A stretch of 64,000 bases of DNA. Origin: Eledone cirrhosa (Eukaryota). Shown piece by piece: positions 40,444-52,236 of this stretch. The stretch covers positions 121,272,001 to 121,336,000 of the forward strand of contig OZ024741.1 in assembly GCA_964016885.1 (NCBI GenBank), read 5' to 3'. Position 1 is the first letter of the stretch; every line of letters begins with the position of its first letter. The notes beneath the pieces are model-generated. The model had not been told where the DNA came from and did not search any database. It was given only the letters and a program-made list of their open reading frames with translations. A program made the translations under genes and the position numbers.

Positions 40444-40754
40444 AATGAAATACCTGTGACCGTTGGTAAATCATTGATGAGGGACTCATTTTATAACATG
40501 TTATCCATGTGCAACCACGCAGTATTCTTCTCCCCATTTTTTCATATATATATATATATTATTTCTACTTTAGGCAACAAGGCCAGCAATTTTAGGGGAG
40601 GGGAAAGTCGAATAAATCGACTTTATCTTACCGACCCCGTAAGGATGAAAGGGAAAGCTAACCTCGGTAGAATTTGAATTCAGAACGTAAAGGGCCGCAA
40701 CTATATGCTGCGAAGCATGTTGTTCGCCGCTCTACCGATACTGCCACCGCACTG

Positions 40755-42570
40755 ATATATATATATATATATACGCCTGTTTTTGCAGTCTGCCAGGTTT
40801 CCCTTCTTCGGCAATTTGACGATGACACCGCGCTGCCACTCAAGGGGAACCCGAACAACACTCCAGCAGTGGTTCATCAAGTCTGTCAACGCCGTTATCG
40901 TGCTCTCCTCACCGAATTTGAGCAGCTCAGCAGAGATCTCATCCAGTCCGCCTGCTTTGCCGTTCCTCAAGTGGCGAATCGCTCTCTCGTCTCTTGCTTG
41001 GTGATATGGTCCTCGCAGACTTTGAGTACCTCAGTGGTTTCTGGAGTCTCTGCGGTCGAGTCTATCAGGGCGACCGGATTTGGTTGGTTCAGCGTCTCTC
41101 GGAAGTGCTCCATCCACCTCTGCTTCTGTTCCGCTCCAGTGGTCAACGTCTTGCCATTTTTGTCCTTCACTCGCATGTTAGCACCGCTCGACATTCCTGT
41201 CAACTCCCTCACGATGCGGAACAGTGCTTTTGTGTCGTTTCGACCAGCAGCTTCCTCTGCCTCAGCACCCTTTTTCTCCAGCCAGTCACGTTTGTTCCGC
41301 CGGCAGCTTCGCTTTACCAGTCGGTCGATTTGGCGGTATACGGCATCTCTTTTCTTTTGGTCTTCTTCCGATCTGGCAGAATCTCGCTCGACTTTTGCCT
41401 TTTTTCGTCTGTCAATCAGGTCCTACGTTGATTCTTGAATCCATTTTTCCCTCCTCGTTCCTCGTCTTCGGCCAATAGTTTCTTGTGTTGCCTCAGTCAC
41501 CGCTGTCGTGAACATCGTTCATTGATCTTCCAGATCTGCAGCCTCACTCAACTGCTGGAATCAGTTGTGTTGCGCCAGTTGGTACAGTCGCGCTTGACCG
41601 GGATACTTCAGCTTCTCCACTGCATATGGCTTTGGTCTTTCCTGTCGTGTCCGTTTCTTCAGGCGCAGCTGAAGTTCCGCACCTCAGTACACTCTGACGT
41701 CACGTACCGAGGACCTCCAGCGCTGGTTGATACAGATGTAGTCGATCTCGTTTCGGCTTTTCTGGTCCGGAGACTGCCAAGTAACCTTGTGAATCGCCTT
41801 GTGTTTGAAATAGGTGTTGCTAATGCACAAGCTGTTGATGGCACAAAACAGCTGCAGTCTCTCGCCGCTGTCCGTGGTGACCGCAGCAGAATCGAATGGC
41901 CCACTGACCTGTTCCAGTCCCTGTCTGTTGCAGCCAATCTGAGCGTTAAAATCACCGATCAGTAGTTTGATGTCATGGTTGGGCAAGTTATTAAATGTGT
42001 CCTGCAGCTGTTCGTAGAAGGCATCCTTGTCGATGTCGGTTGCGTCATCAATCGGTACGTAGCCCTGAACAACAGTGATTTTCGCATGCCCACTTTGACA
42101 ACGGGAGGTTATGATGCGCTCGCTGACTGGCTCCCATCCGATCAATGCTCGAGTTGCTCGGGCGCTAATCACAAGTCCAACTCCATGAACGTGCTTGTCT
42201 TGGTGTCCAGAGTAGAGCAGAGTTATGTCTCCGCTGCCATTCATCTTTCCGCTGCCGGTCCAGCACATTTCACTCACGTCCAGAATGTCCAGCTGGTAGT
42301 GGTCGAACTCGCGAAGTAGCTGAGCCAGCTTTCCTGCCTGGTAACACGTTCCAAGTTCCAATTCGCATCTTTGTTTTGGTGCTCAGAATCCGGCTCATCG
42401 GAACCCCAACGTCCTTTCGGCTTTGGTCGAGGTCCGTCAAGAGTGGAGTGTTTCCCATGCCTTCACCTTTACGCCGTTCATTTTTGTTTTTTTCCGGCTT
42501 TTCTTGCTGTTTCTTTAGCGGTTAGAATTTTTACAGCAGTACCGGATTGCTAACCCGACGCCTGCTGCCT
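40755..42570 (-). pseudogene. RTE-clade LINE 5' fragment (APE endonuclease to start of RT)
   Basis: RIGTWNV, LDILDVSEMCWTGSG, LLIGDFNAQIG, RNEIDYICI, KAGGLDEISAELLK..WQRGVIVKLPKKG. Confidence 0.9.
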
Positions 42571-43149
42571 GTATTTGCCGATTCTTTGCCCACTGAGATT
42601 AGTGCCCCCCCCCCCCCTTCGCCACGATGAGGCGTCCGGCGAGACCAGGGGACTCATCAGGGGCCATTCAGTGGTACTGAACCTGAAACCACGTACTTAC
42701 GGAGCGAACTCCTTGATCACACAACCTGTGCCTATTTATTTGTTTGTGTGTGTCTATGTGGGTGGTGGTGCGAGTATTTTTGTTTTTTGTTTTAATTGTT
42801 CAAATTTTTACTTTGTTGCTGAGTTGTTTTTTTTGCGTGTTTTTTTTTTAAGGATAAACTTCAACATTGTATTTTATGACCTGCAATAACATAATAGAAT
42901 GTGTGACTGCAATGACATAAAACAGTATGAATAACTGACTATATACTAGGTAGTCGATTTGTAATTTTATATGTTATATATCTATAAAACATTGCAGAGT
43001 AGTGTTACTGGTATAGCGAATAATTCTGTGGTGACTCTCTCGTTAGATAGATTGATAAATAGATAGATAGATGGATCGTATTACTATTCTAGGTATGGCT
43101 CCATTCCAAGCGGTACTGGGATAGTAAAAAATGTAATATTGTTTCAAGA

Positions 43150-43215
<66 letters not shown>

Positions 43216-43756
43216 AGTGTAAATATGAGAATAAACGTGCTGCGTGGTTGCAACCACGCAGCACGTTTATTTTCATATTTACACATATTTTTTTCCCCCG
43301 CTGTGACCCGTCTATTTCGTTCTTACTGCTTCCTCTTTTTCTGTATCTTTACCCTCTCTAACAGTCACTCTCTCTGTTAGCCTCTTCCTCACCCTTCACT
43401 CACTCACTCTCTGTTACTACCTCTCCTCCTCCTCCTTCTTCCCGTTTGACCTGTGCGTAATTCTTTTCTTTCGCACGCTTGGTCAGGCTGTTCCCTTTTT
43501 TCTCTCTCTCGTCTACGATTTCACAGAACTTATGTTCACCGAATTCACAGACTAGATTCCTTCTTCCTCCCGTTAGACCTATACGGAATTCCTTCCTTGC
43601 TCACATTCCAACCAGTTTTGATGGTCTTTATTCTCTCTCGTTCACGATTTCACCGAACTTATATTCATGGAAATTTGGGACTTGACTCGTTCTTCCTCAT
43701 TTTTCGTTGCTTCACCATCTTTGTTTGTTTACACTCTCGTGTCCCCTTTATTTAGT

Positions 43757-43858
43757 GTCCCAACGACTTTTTTTAGCCGTTGGTCGCACCAACCGGAGGT
43801 ATATGGTCTTTAAAGCGATGAAATACCAATGATGGTTGGAAGATCACTGATGAAGGAC
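43757..43858 (+). ncRNA. Candidate permuted hammerhead, subfamily 2 variant, at the end of element about 43215-43870
   Basis: GUCC CAACGaC..GcCGUUG GUCGC a CCAACC gga GGUAU A UGGUCUU uaaa GCGAU GAA AUACC aaugau GGUUGG AAGAUCA CUGAUGA a GGAC. Confidence 0.72.
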
Positions 43859-43863
43859 TAACT

Positions 43864-43917
<54 letters not shown>

Positions 43918-43919
<2 letters not shown>

Positions 43920-46005
43920 CGAAGGAAATGTGGTAAGGAACCAGGTGGACCATAACGCACCAAAGTACTCAATACTTAGGGTAGTAGAGTGGGTAATAGG
44001 AACGAGTAGGACCCCGACGGCTGAGCTCAAGCCGTTTCGACGGCTAATTCTGGGCTAAATGAACATTTTTATCCTGGTATATGAATAGCCGAGCTTCTCA
44101 GGGGGTAATTCCATATATGGTAAAAGTGATTGTCACAAGGATTGGTCAAAAGTTTGTTGTTGAGATATAATAATTCTATCATGGCAATTTGTGGAGGGAA
44201 GGGGTTGCTGAACCTGCCAGTAGAAGAAAGAGGGAGAGGGGTGGAGGAAACCCAGTCATGCGTTGATAGTGCCAACTACAGCTGGGCAGGAGGTCAAAGA
44301 AGATACTAGGGAGGGGGAGGGGGAGGAAGTCGAAACAATAAGTAAAACAATATGGGGTAAATATATAGAAAAATACCGAGAGTGTTAAAAAACAATTAAA
44401 TGTAAAAAAAAAAAACAATTTCTGGTTACTATAACCTAACGACAGCTATCAAGTCTCTCACTGGTACTGCTAGACTAAAGAAAGGTTTACTAGGTGGGAC
44501 GGAATTATAATGAGACCCTTTTAAGAGGTATAAGTAAACAACCGAATATATCTTACGGTGACGAGTCAACAAGTGGGGGGCCAAAATAATAAAGAAACTA
44601 CCACTAGTCCCGAGACCAGTACGAAATAAAGGTTTCTACTCCAGGCACAAGGCCAGCAACCACCCAGTGCAAAAAAAAAAAAACTAATACGAAATAATAA
44701 TTCAGAATCCCGAAAAAGAATACTAATACTATCCCTAAGGGTGCCGCCACGATACAAAAATTCTAGTGCAAACTACATAAATGGTCGTACGAAGTATATG
44801 TAAAATTTGATACGGAAAATTAATTCAGAATACCCCCCCCCCCCCAACAAAAATAAATACTGATATACGAGAAATTAAAGCAAAGATACCACTAAGAAAT
44901 ATAGAAAGCACGGAAAAGGGGCAGCCATCGGATAAGAAGGCAAGTATCCGGGGTCTAACACATCTGCTATAAAAAGCGGAGTCGGCCAAATCTATTATAG
45001 AGTAGGGGAATGGGGTGGGTGTACTGAGGCTACAAAGGACCGAGGGGCTGCCTCGGGTGGGCGAGAAAGTAAAAGGACGACGACAAAGAAGGAGGACTGG
45101 GGTGGAAGGACTAGGGAGGGATGGGGGAAGAAGGAAATACAGAGGAAGCGATAAAAAGATATAAAAGAAGATCTTACGTCTACCTTTGCAAGCAGGGGTT
45201 ACCCATTACAAAATCGGCAAGTGGGGTGTTATAGCCCTAGTCTATCCCCCGGGTTATTATGGGATTTGAGGGCGAGGTAAGTCCTACGCAATCTGTGTTT
45301 ACATGCAGTTACCAGTTCATCTTTCTTGTTTAGGAGTTGGTCCGTCGAAAACAGCATTTGTAAAGTTTCCTCCGAGCATAAATTGCACGGACGGCGTCCT
45401 CCCGTGTAAGAGTTGGCTCTGGACAGTAAGCTCCAAGTGAGATCATAGGTAATATTGTTATCCTTGAGGTCCCATATGTGGCCCGAAAGTGTAGTGGCGT
45501 GACGCCGGGCCGGGTTTCAGAAGGTATGTCTGTGTTGGTATAGCCGGGTCTTGAAGTCACATGCGGTTAATCCTATATAAGCTTTGTTGGAGGTGTCCGT
45601 CCTCACGTTGCACTGGTAGATCACATTACGATCTCTGCATCTGTTGTCGAGGGGGAAAATGGATCCACCAGGACAGTTGCAACTCCTGGTCGGATCTCCA
45701 CTGCTATTTAGGTTATTTCTTCCATAGGGGTTGAGTTTTTTGTTGTTAGAGGAGACGATGTTTTGTGCAAAGTTAGGTGTAGTGCTGTAGGAGAGTTTGA
45801 TGGTATTTTTGTTAATTATGTTGTGGTAGCGGTGTTGTAGTGGGAAGTGTTTTTCAATGAGCCTAAAGAAGATTTTCCCGATAAGAGTTGTCACCTCGGC
45901 GTTGTGGGGAGGATTGAACCATGTTACGTTGCGTGAGTGGCGGTGTCGCCTGCTGGTTCCGCTAATGGAAGCTGGACAGTAGGATATTTCCTCCCGGAAA
46001 CCACC
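43918..46005 (-). mobile_element. 5'-truncated Penelope-like element: GIY-YIG remnant, about 1.3 kb 3' region and terminal hammerhead
   Basis: RNVTWFNPP..IGKIFFRLIEKHFP..NTIKLSYSTTPN..CNC..RNVIYQC..AYIGLTACDFKTRLYQH at 45517-45960. Confidence 0.9.
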
Positions 46006-46625
46006 TTTGCTCACTATAAAAGCTTCACGACACAGGCATTGCTTTATATCTGGAGATCTCTCTGCGCTTGTCGTCACATGGTACCATGGGCCCAGCACTA
46101 TATGTCAATAATTGTCACAAGTGTAGTGTTTGAACCAGAGTTTTCAAGTCACTGGCTGGACTAAAAAGTCACACTCGTTCAGCGCACCAGTAGGGGTTCT
46201 CCTACATGGATATAAAGTAGTGGCCGTATTAGAAAACGAGTTGGCAGCCACCATGTATGTATGTATATCATCTTGGTTAAGAGAGTGGGACTGGCTTTGT
46301 GCAGTGCCTTTGCTCACCATAAAAGCTTCGCGGCACAGGCATTGCTTTATATCTGGAGATCTCTGCACTTGTCATTACATGGTACCATGGGCCCAGCACT
46401 ATGTGTCAGTAATTGTCACAAGTGTAGTGTTTGTACCAGAGTTTTCAAGTCGCTGGCTGGACTAAAAAGTCACACTCGTTCAGCGCATCGGTAGGGGTTC
46501 TCCTACATGGATATAAAGTAGTGGCCGTACTTGAAAACGAGTTGGCAGCCACCATGTATGTATGTATGTATGTATGTATGTATGTATGTATGTATGTATG
46601 TATGTATGTATGTATGTATGTATGT
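46006..46625 (+). mobile_element. Two tandem RTE/BovB-like 3' ends with C2H2 motif and (ATGT)n tails
   Basis: CSVCTRVFKSLAGLKSHTRSAH; tail GAAAACGAGTTGGCAGCCACC(ATGT)n, with related tails at 34670, 35055 and 49090. Confidence 0.7.
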
Positions 46626-47165
46626 TATATCGGGTCACTCTTGAGTGCTCTTGGTAACATGTAACCCAGTATAACCTGTCGCATAGTCGAGTCGTCTGTG
46701 ACTAAACCGGTTTACTTGGTGAGGAGGGTGATTTTGAACACCCTGCTGGACAAAAAACAAATCCTGACAAAGGGCGAAAGAACTCATCCACAAATGTATA
46801 AATATGTATATACATATGTATATATGTATATATGTATATATGTATATACATGTATACATATGTGTATGTATATGCGCGGGGACATAGAAATAATCGGGCT
46901 GGATACCCGATCGCGCGGTTAAACCACTGGGTGTGAAGGATCCCTAGCCTTTGTCAGGGTATTCTTCGAGGAGAAGGCAACCCAGGAAACTGGGATAACT
47001 CCGACATAAAACCTGCGGCTCAGTAGTTACCGATGATGTTGATCTTTTCTTCTTTTCGGGTTATAGCTACTGTCGCTCAGAGAGTGGGATTGGCTCAGTG
47101 CAGTCTTTCCTCACTTTTAAAAATATTTTCACGCACAGGCATTGCACGATAGCATTAATTGATAA

Positions 47166-49050
47166 TACCGTGTAACATATTTTTTGTTCCCCGGTTCTAA
47201 GTGTCATTTCATGGTTTGTTATATCCCATTATTATAAAAAAACACTATTATTTAATCAGAAGTTTGGGTTTGTGGTCAGGAGTTTGATATTTCGAAATTT
47301 TCATATTTTTCAAGAAAAAACACATTTAAAAAAAAATTATCAGTTCATATAATTAAATCAACAGAGTATATATTTATTTTATTACACAAGCTTATCAAAA
47401 GCAAACAAGTAAAAACAAATAACTGTTTCTACTTTAGGCACAAGGCCAGCAATTACCAGTGCATTACTGGTACTTTATTTTATCGACCCCGTAAGGATGA
47501 AAGGCAAAGTCAACCTCGGCGGGATTTGAACTCAGATCGTAAAGAGACGTAACTATGCTGGAAAGCATAACACTTATAAAGCAACTTATACACGTCAGAA
47601 ATGACTGGATTTCCTGGATTTGCGGTTGTAGTCCAGGTCGCATTCCCGCACTAGCTCCCAGATATAGTCCCCCATCATTTTTTCATTGTAGTGGCCCTGG
47701 TACCTCCGCTCTATCTCTTTCACATCTTGGTGGAATCGTTCGCCTTGTTCTTCTGAGTAGGCGCCCATATTGTCCTTGAATTTTTCCAGGTGAGCATCCA
47801 GCATATGGAGTTTAAGCGACATCCTGCATCGCATGGCGCCAAAAGCCTTTATCAGATCCTGCACCAGTTGCTGGTAGTTTTCATTTCTGTAGTTGCCCAG
47901 GAAGCCCTTAACAACTGCCTTGAAACAGTTCCATGCTGTTCTCTCAATCCTATTGAGCTTATTGGAGAACTCGGTAGACTCAAACACCTTCTTTATCTGA
48001 GGTCCAACAAAAATTCTACCTTTGATTTAGGCCTCAGATAACTTGGGGAAGAACTCAAGAAGGTACTTAAAAGCGGCTGATTCTTGGTTGAGAGCCTTCA
48101 CAAACTGCTTCATCAACCACAACTTAATGTGCAGTGGCGGCATGAGCACAATCCTGGGATCAACCAGTAGCTCCCACATGACGTTCCGGGTCCCAACTAC
48201 AAATTCTGTTCCCTGCTCCCAGTTCTTTCTTTTGTAGTGGTCATAGGTGGCCCTGCTGTCCCAAAGGCAGAGGAAGCATTGTAATTTGGTAAAGCCTCCT
48301 TGGAGTCCAAGCAGGAAAGCCACCATCTTGAAGTCTCCAATGATTTCCCAATTGTATTGGTTGTATTGCAGAGCTTCCAAGAGGACTTTCACACTGTAGC
48401 AATCTTCCTTCAGGCAGACTGAATGAGCTAGGGGCAGTGTCGGAAACTTGTTTCCATTGTGGAGGAGGACAGCCTTCAAACTTGTGATGGAGTTGTCTAT
48501 AAATAGCCGCCACTCCTTGGGCACAAACGGTACCCCAATAACGTCAAACAGTCCAGGCAGGTCATGGCAGAAGCAGAGGCCATCCCTAAGAGTGTAAAAG
48601 CCTGGGAAAGGTTCGTGTCGACTTCTCTGACTTGTTACCTGCACTTCCTCCTTGACCAAGTTCCACTGCTTCATCCTGGAGACGAATGCTTAAAACACAA
48701 CTTTTATTCAGGGTGCAAAAATCCAGTATCAATAAATCTCTTTAATTCACTTTTTAACAATTTTATACTTTATTGCACTTTTATAATTTTCTTTGGGTAT
48801 TACTCTTTATTTTATAATTTTAATTTAACCTGAAACATATATAAAAACATCATTTAACATAAGCAAATTAAACTTACATACAACGTAAAATCCAGCATAC
48901 AAATAATTCTAGTGAATAGCTTAGAATTTTTACAAACCCAAACTTTTAACTGTTTAATAGCACTTTTTATTTATTTATTTGGGACCTAAGCAACACAAAA
49001 AAGTGATTACAAGCCAGGAACAGAGAAAACAAAATGTTTGTTACACGGTG
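47166..49050 (-). mobile_element. Chapaev3 (CMC superfamily) DNA transposon, internally deleted, with a nested SINE
   Basis: TIR (C/T)ACCGTGTAACA at both ends and TAA TSD; transposase motifs EWRLFID..SLKAVLLHNGN, GDFKMVAFLLGLQGGFTK..CFLCLWDSR, PPLHIKL, SLKLHML..H, SEEQGERFHQD at 47595-48674. Confidence 0.9.
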
Positions 49051-49121
49051 TAATTATTAATAATGTTATATCGTGCAATGGCCATACTCGATAACGAGGA
49101 GGCAGCCATCATCATGTATGT

Positions 49122-49619
49122 ATGACGAATGGGAGAAAATGACTGAGGAACGTGTGAAGTGGAAACGTTTGATCAAGTCAGGTAGTGAACACTTTGAAAC
49201 ACATCGAAGAAGACACCTAACACTGAAAAGGAAGGTGAGGAAAAGAGACTGCTCTGAACTGCCTGCTGTTGAACATCATCTGGTTTGCCAGCACTGTGGT
49301 CGGGTCTGCCTGAATAAAGCTGGTTTGATTAGGCATGAACAAAGTCATATTAGTAGGCCTCATGTAGATTATGACCTGAAAAGTGTCGGGAATGTGGCAA
49401 GGAAAGTGCAAGCATGCGAGGTCATAAAAGACACATGAGAACACACAGCCAAAACAAAGGAATGGAAAGTTCCAGAAGAGCCTACAATTGCCATGTATGT
49501 GCCAGAGGGTGCAAGTCTTGGCAGGTTTAAAGAGCCACATTCGTGTCTCACATTTTTGAGCATTTTATCGGTCGATGGCAATGCTCGAACACGAATTTAC
49601 AGCCATAACCATCATCATC

Positions 49620-49622
<3 letters not shown>
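49122..49622 (+). mobile_element. RTE-like LINE 3' end with C2H2 zinc-finger remnants and (CAT)n tail
   Basis: WEKMTEERVKWKRLIKSG..FE, CQHCGRVCLNKAGLIRHEQSH. Confidence 0.7.
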
Positions 49623-49704
<82 letters not shown>

Positions 49705-49966
49705 TGAAGGCTCATGGCTTAGTGGTTAAAGCATTGGGCTTGCAATCGAAAGGTTGTGAGTTCAATTCTCGGACCGGGTGATGTGTTGTTTCCTTGAGCA
49801 AGACACTTTATTTCACGTTGCTCCAGTTTACTCAGCTGTAGAAATGAGTACCTGCCGCCCGGGATGGCGTTATCTTATGGCTAAAACAGCACGACGTGCT
49901 GTGACCAGCGGCGCCGATTGGCGCCCGACAGACTGGTCGGTCAAGGTAATCAAGGTGATATATATA

Positions 49967-51402
49967 TCTACTATATAAATTTGAAGTGGTCGGACGTTGT
50001 ATGTGTAGTGTAGTCGGATAAACGCCGAAACAGCTTGGTGAAATGCAGCGAAAATTTACACAGTTATGCAGAATGACCCGGGGGGGGGGGGGGGGGCGGC
50101 GTTGGGTCGACTTTCAAGATACAAGTTTCCATGGTTACGGACAAAATCGATGAAACAGGAATTTCCCCTGATCCAATAACAAAGGGAAATAACCTCTTCT
50201 TTTTTTTAAAAAGAGTTTTCTCCCTTGAAATTTCTGCCCTATTTTTTCTTATTACTTTTTCTACGGAAACTTCAACACGGGTATTGGATAAAAAATATTT
50301 TTATCGATTTCTTGATTAGGAGAATGCATTTTTTGCGCGGTTTTCACTTGAGTACATTCTGTTCTCGTAATAACACGTGAGTTTTCTTCGTAACTTATTT
50401 CATTCTTAAGTTGACAATTTAGTTCTAAGCAGACTTCTACTGCATAAACAACACATTCAAATTAATAAAGAATACTTTGTATTTCATTAGTTTATTTAAC
50501 TACAATAAGCAGTTTAAATGGGTTGCATTCCGGTGGTTCGGATTTCCACAAACATTTCCGTCTCTGAGATAGAACACTTAGCAATAACTCATGCAAGAGT
50601 ACATGAAAATGATTGGAAATAATAGAATTTGTTGGCTTTCTCGATCATACTTAACATGTTCAGATAGACCATTTTGTCTTTATTTTACTAGGAAACGGCT
50701 AGCCAAAGGGAAGGCCCACTTTCAACGTCACGTCAGTATAGTGAACGCTCGATTACGAGATTTGATGTTTTCAACTTTGCCATGACCATCAACAAGGCAC
50801 AGGGATAATCGATGCAAGTGGTTGGACTGAATCTGAGAGGAACAGGTATTCTCACATGGCCAACTGTATGTTGGATGTTCCCGAGTAGGAAGTCCGCGGG
50901 GACTCTTCATTTACTCAACAAAAAGAGAAGTCAAGAATGTTGTCTACCTAGAGGCTCTACAATGATAACGCTCTTCATTGCCAGCCTCTTTTCCGTGCTA
51001 TGCACGGTTCGACTTCATGTCGATCTTCGCTTCTGTGCCAGCCTCTTTTCCGTGCCATACATGGTTCGACTTCATGTCGATCTTCGCTTCTGTGCCAGCC
51101 CCATTTTAATTGCAAGGCAAATAAATGCACATAAGTTTGTGATTATTAATTTGGTTGGTTTTTATGTTTGTCTTTGTTTGTGTTTTGTCTTTTTGGATTT
51201 CAATTTTTTTCCTTTTTTTGGTGTTTTCATATTTCTGTTTTCAACCTTATTTGACAGCAAATTTATTAGGATTTTTTATTCTTAATATTTTTTGTTTTTC
51301 GTGTTCCCTTTTTGTGATTTTTGTTGGTTTCTTGGTGGAGAAAAGAAGTTGAATTCTTATCAGTGAACAAAATCTCCCGGGTAAAACCGGGTTAAACAGC
51401 TA

Positions 51403-51403
<1 letters not shown>
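49967..51403 (+). mobile_element. Non-autonomous Helitron
   Basis: A|TC start; 3' hairpin CCCGGgtaaaaCCGGG then CTAG|T; Pif1 remnant FAMTINKAQG.SMQVVGL..SHGQLYVGCSRVG..KNVVY at about 50775-50950; 57-bp tandem duplication at about 50980-51100. Confidence 0.9.
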
Positions 51404-51444
<41 letters not shown>

Positions 51445-51736
51445 GCCGGCTTTGCCATATTAAAAATAATAAATAAATCGCTCTACATGGCTGAATACAA
51501 TAAATGTAATCTGAGTTGTTTTTTTTTTATTTGAATATGGCAAAGCCGGCCATTGATCGCTCATATACAGGAAACCGACTGGCCAGTCTGCTGATATGCA
51601 AATCTGGCTGATCAGTGGATCTGCTAATATGCAGATCTGACTGATCAGTCAGTCTGCTAATATGCAAATCAGGCCGACCAGTCACTGTATATTTTAAAAA
51701 ATATCATATATTTTCACTAGTTCTGACAGTTGGCAG

Positions 51737-51802
51737 GTGAACAGTGAACTGTTCTGATGAAGGGTAATACCCAGAAATATTAGTGTCTGCAGTTCTGTTC
51801 AC
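51737..51802 (+). ncRNA. Type I hammerhead motif, slightly decayed, in element about 51440-51950
   Basis: GUGAACA..GAACUGUu-CUGAUGA-aGGGUaauACCCa-GAAA-UAUUAGUG-UC-uGCAGUUC-UGUUCAC. Confidence 0.75.
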
Positions 51803-51948
51803 AAGAGCAAGATTAAGGGGTTCATTCTACTGACATGGCTTTAAAAATGAGGCTTCTTTGCATCATAATTGCAAACGAATCGAATATTATGATTAATATT
51901 CAAAATACTCAGATTACATTTATTGTATTCAGACATATAGAGGGAACA

Positions 51949-52027
<79 letters not shown>

Positions 52028-52236
52028 GGCGACCTACGTAGGAAATCGTATTATCGTGAGCTCCGCAAAGGTTTGTTATTTCCGTTTGTTTAAAAATTGC
52101 CATTTATGGAAAATTTTATTGTTAACTGTTTATAAGCACACATACATTGTTTTCCGAAAAGGACACCTAAAAAGATTGGGGCCTTGTGCCCAAAATTTTA
52201 ACTTTTATTATTATCAAAAAATTTCTTTGAAAAAAA

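Noticed and set aside
40674-41965. Long plus-strand ORFs (254 and 176 aa) and similar antisense ORFs over the Tx1 copies
   Set aside because: Antisense shadows of LINE coding sequence.
49704-49780. tRNA-like sequence
   Set aside because: It is the head of a SINE continuing into a CORE-like body; no complete cloverleaf.
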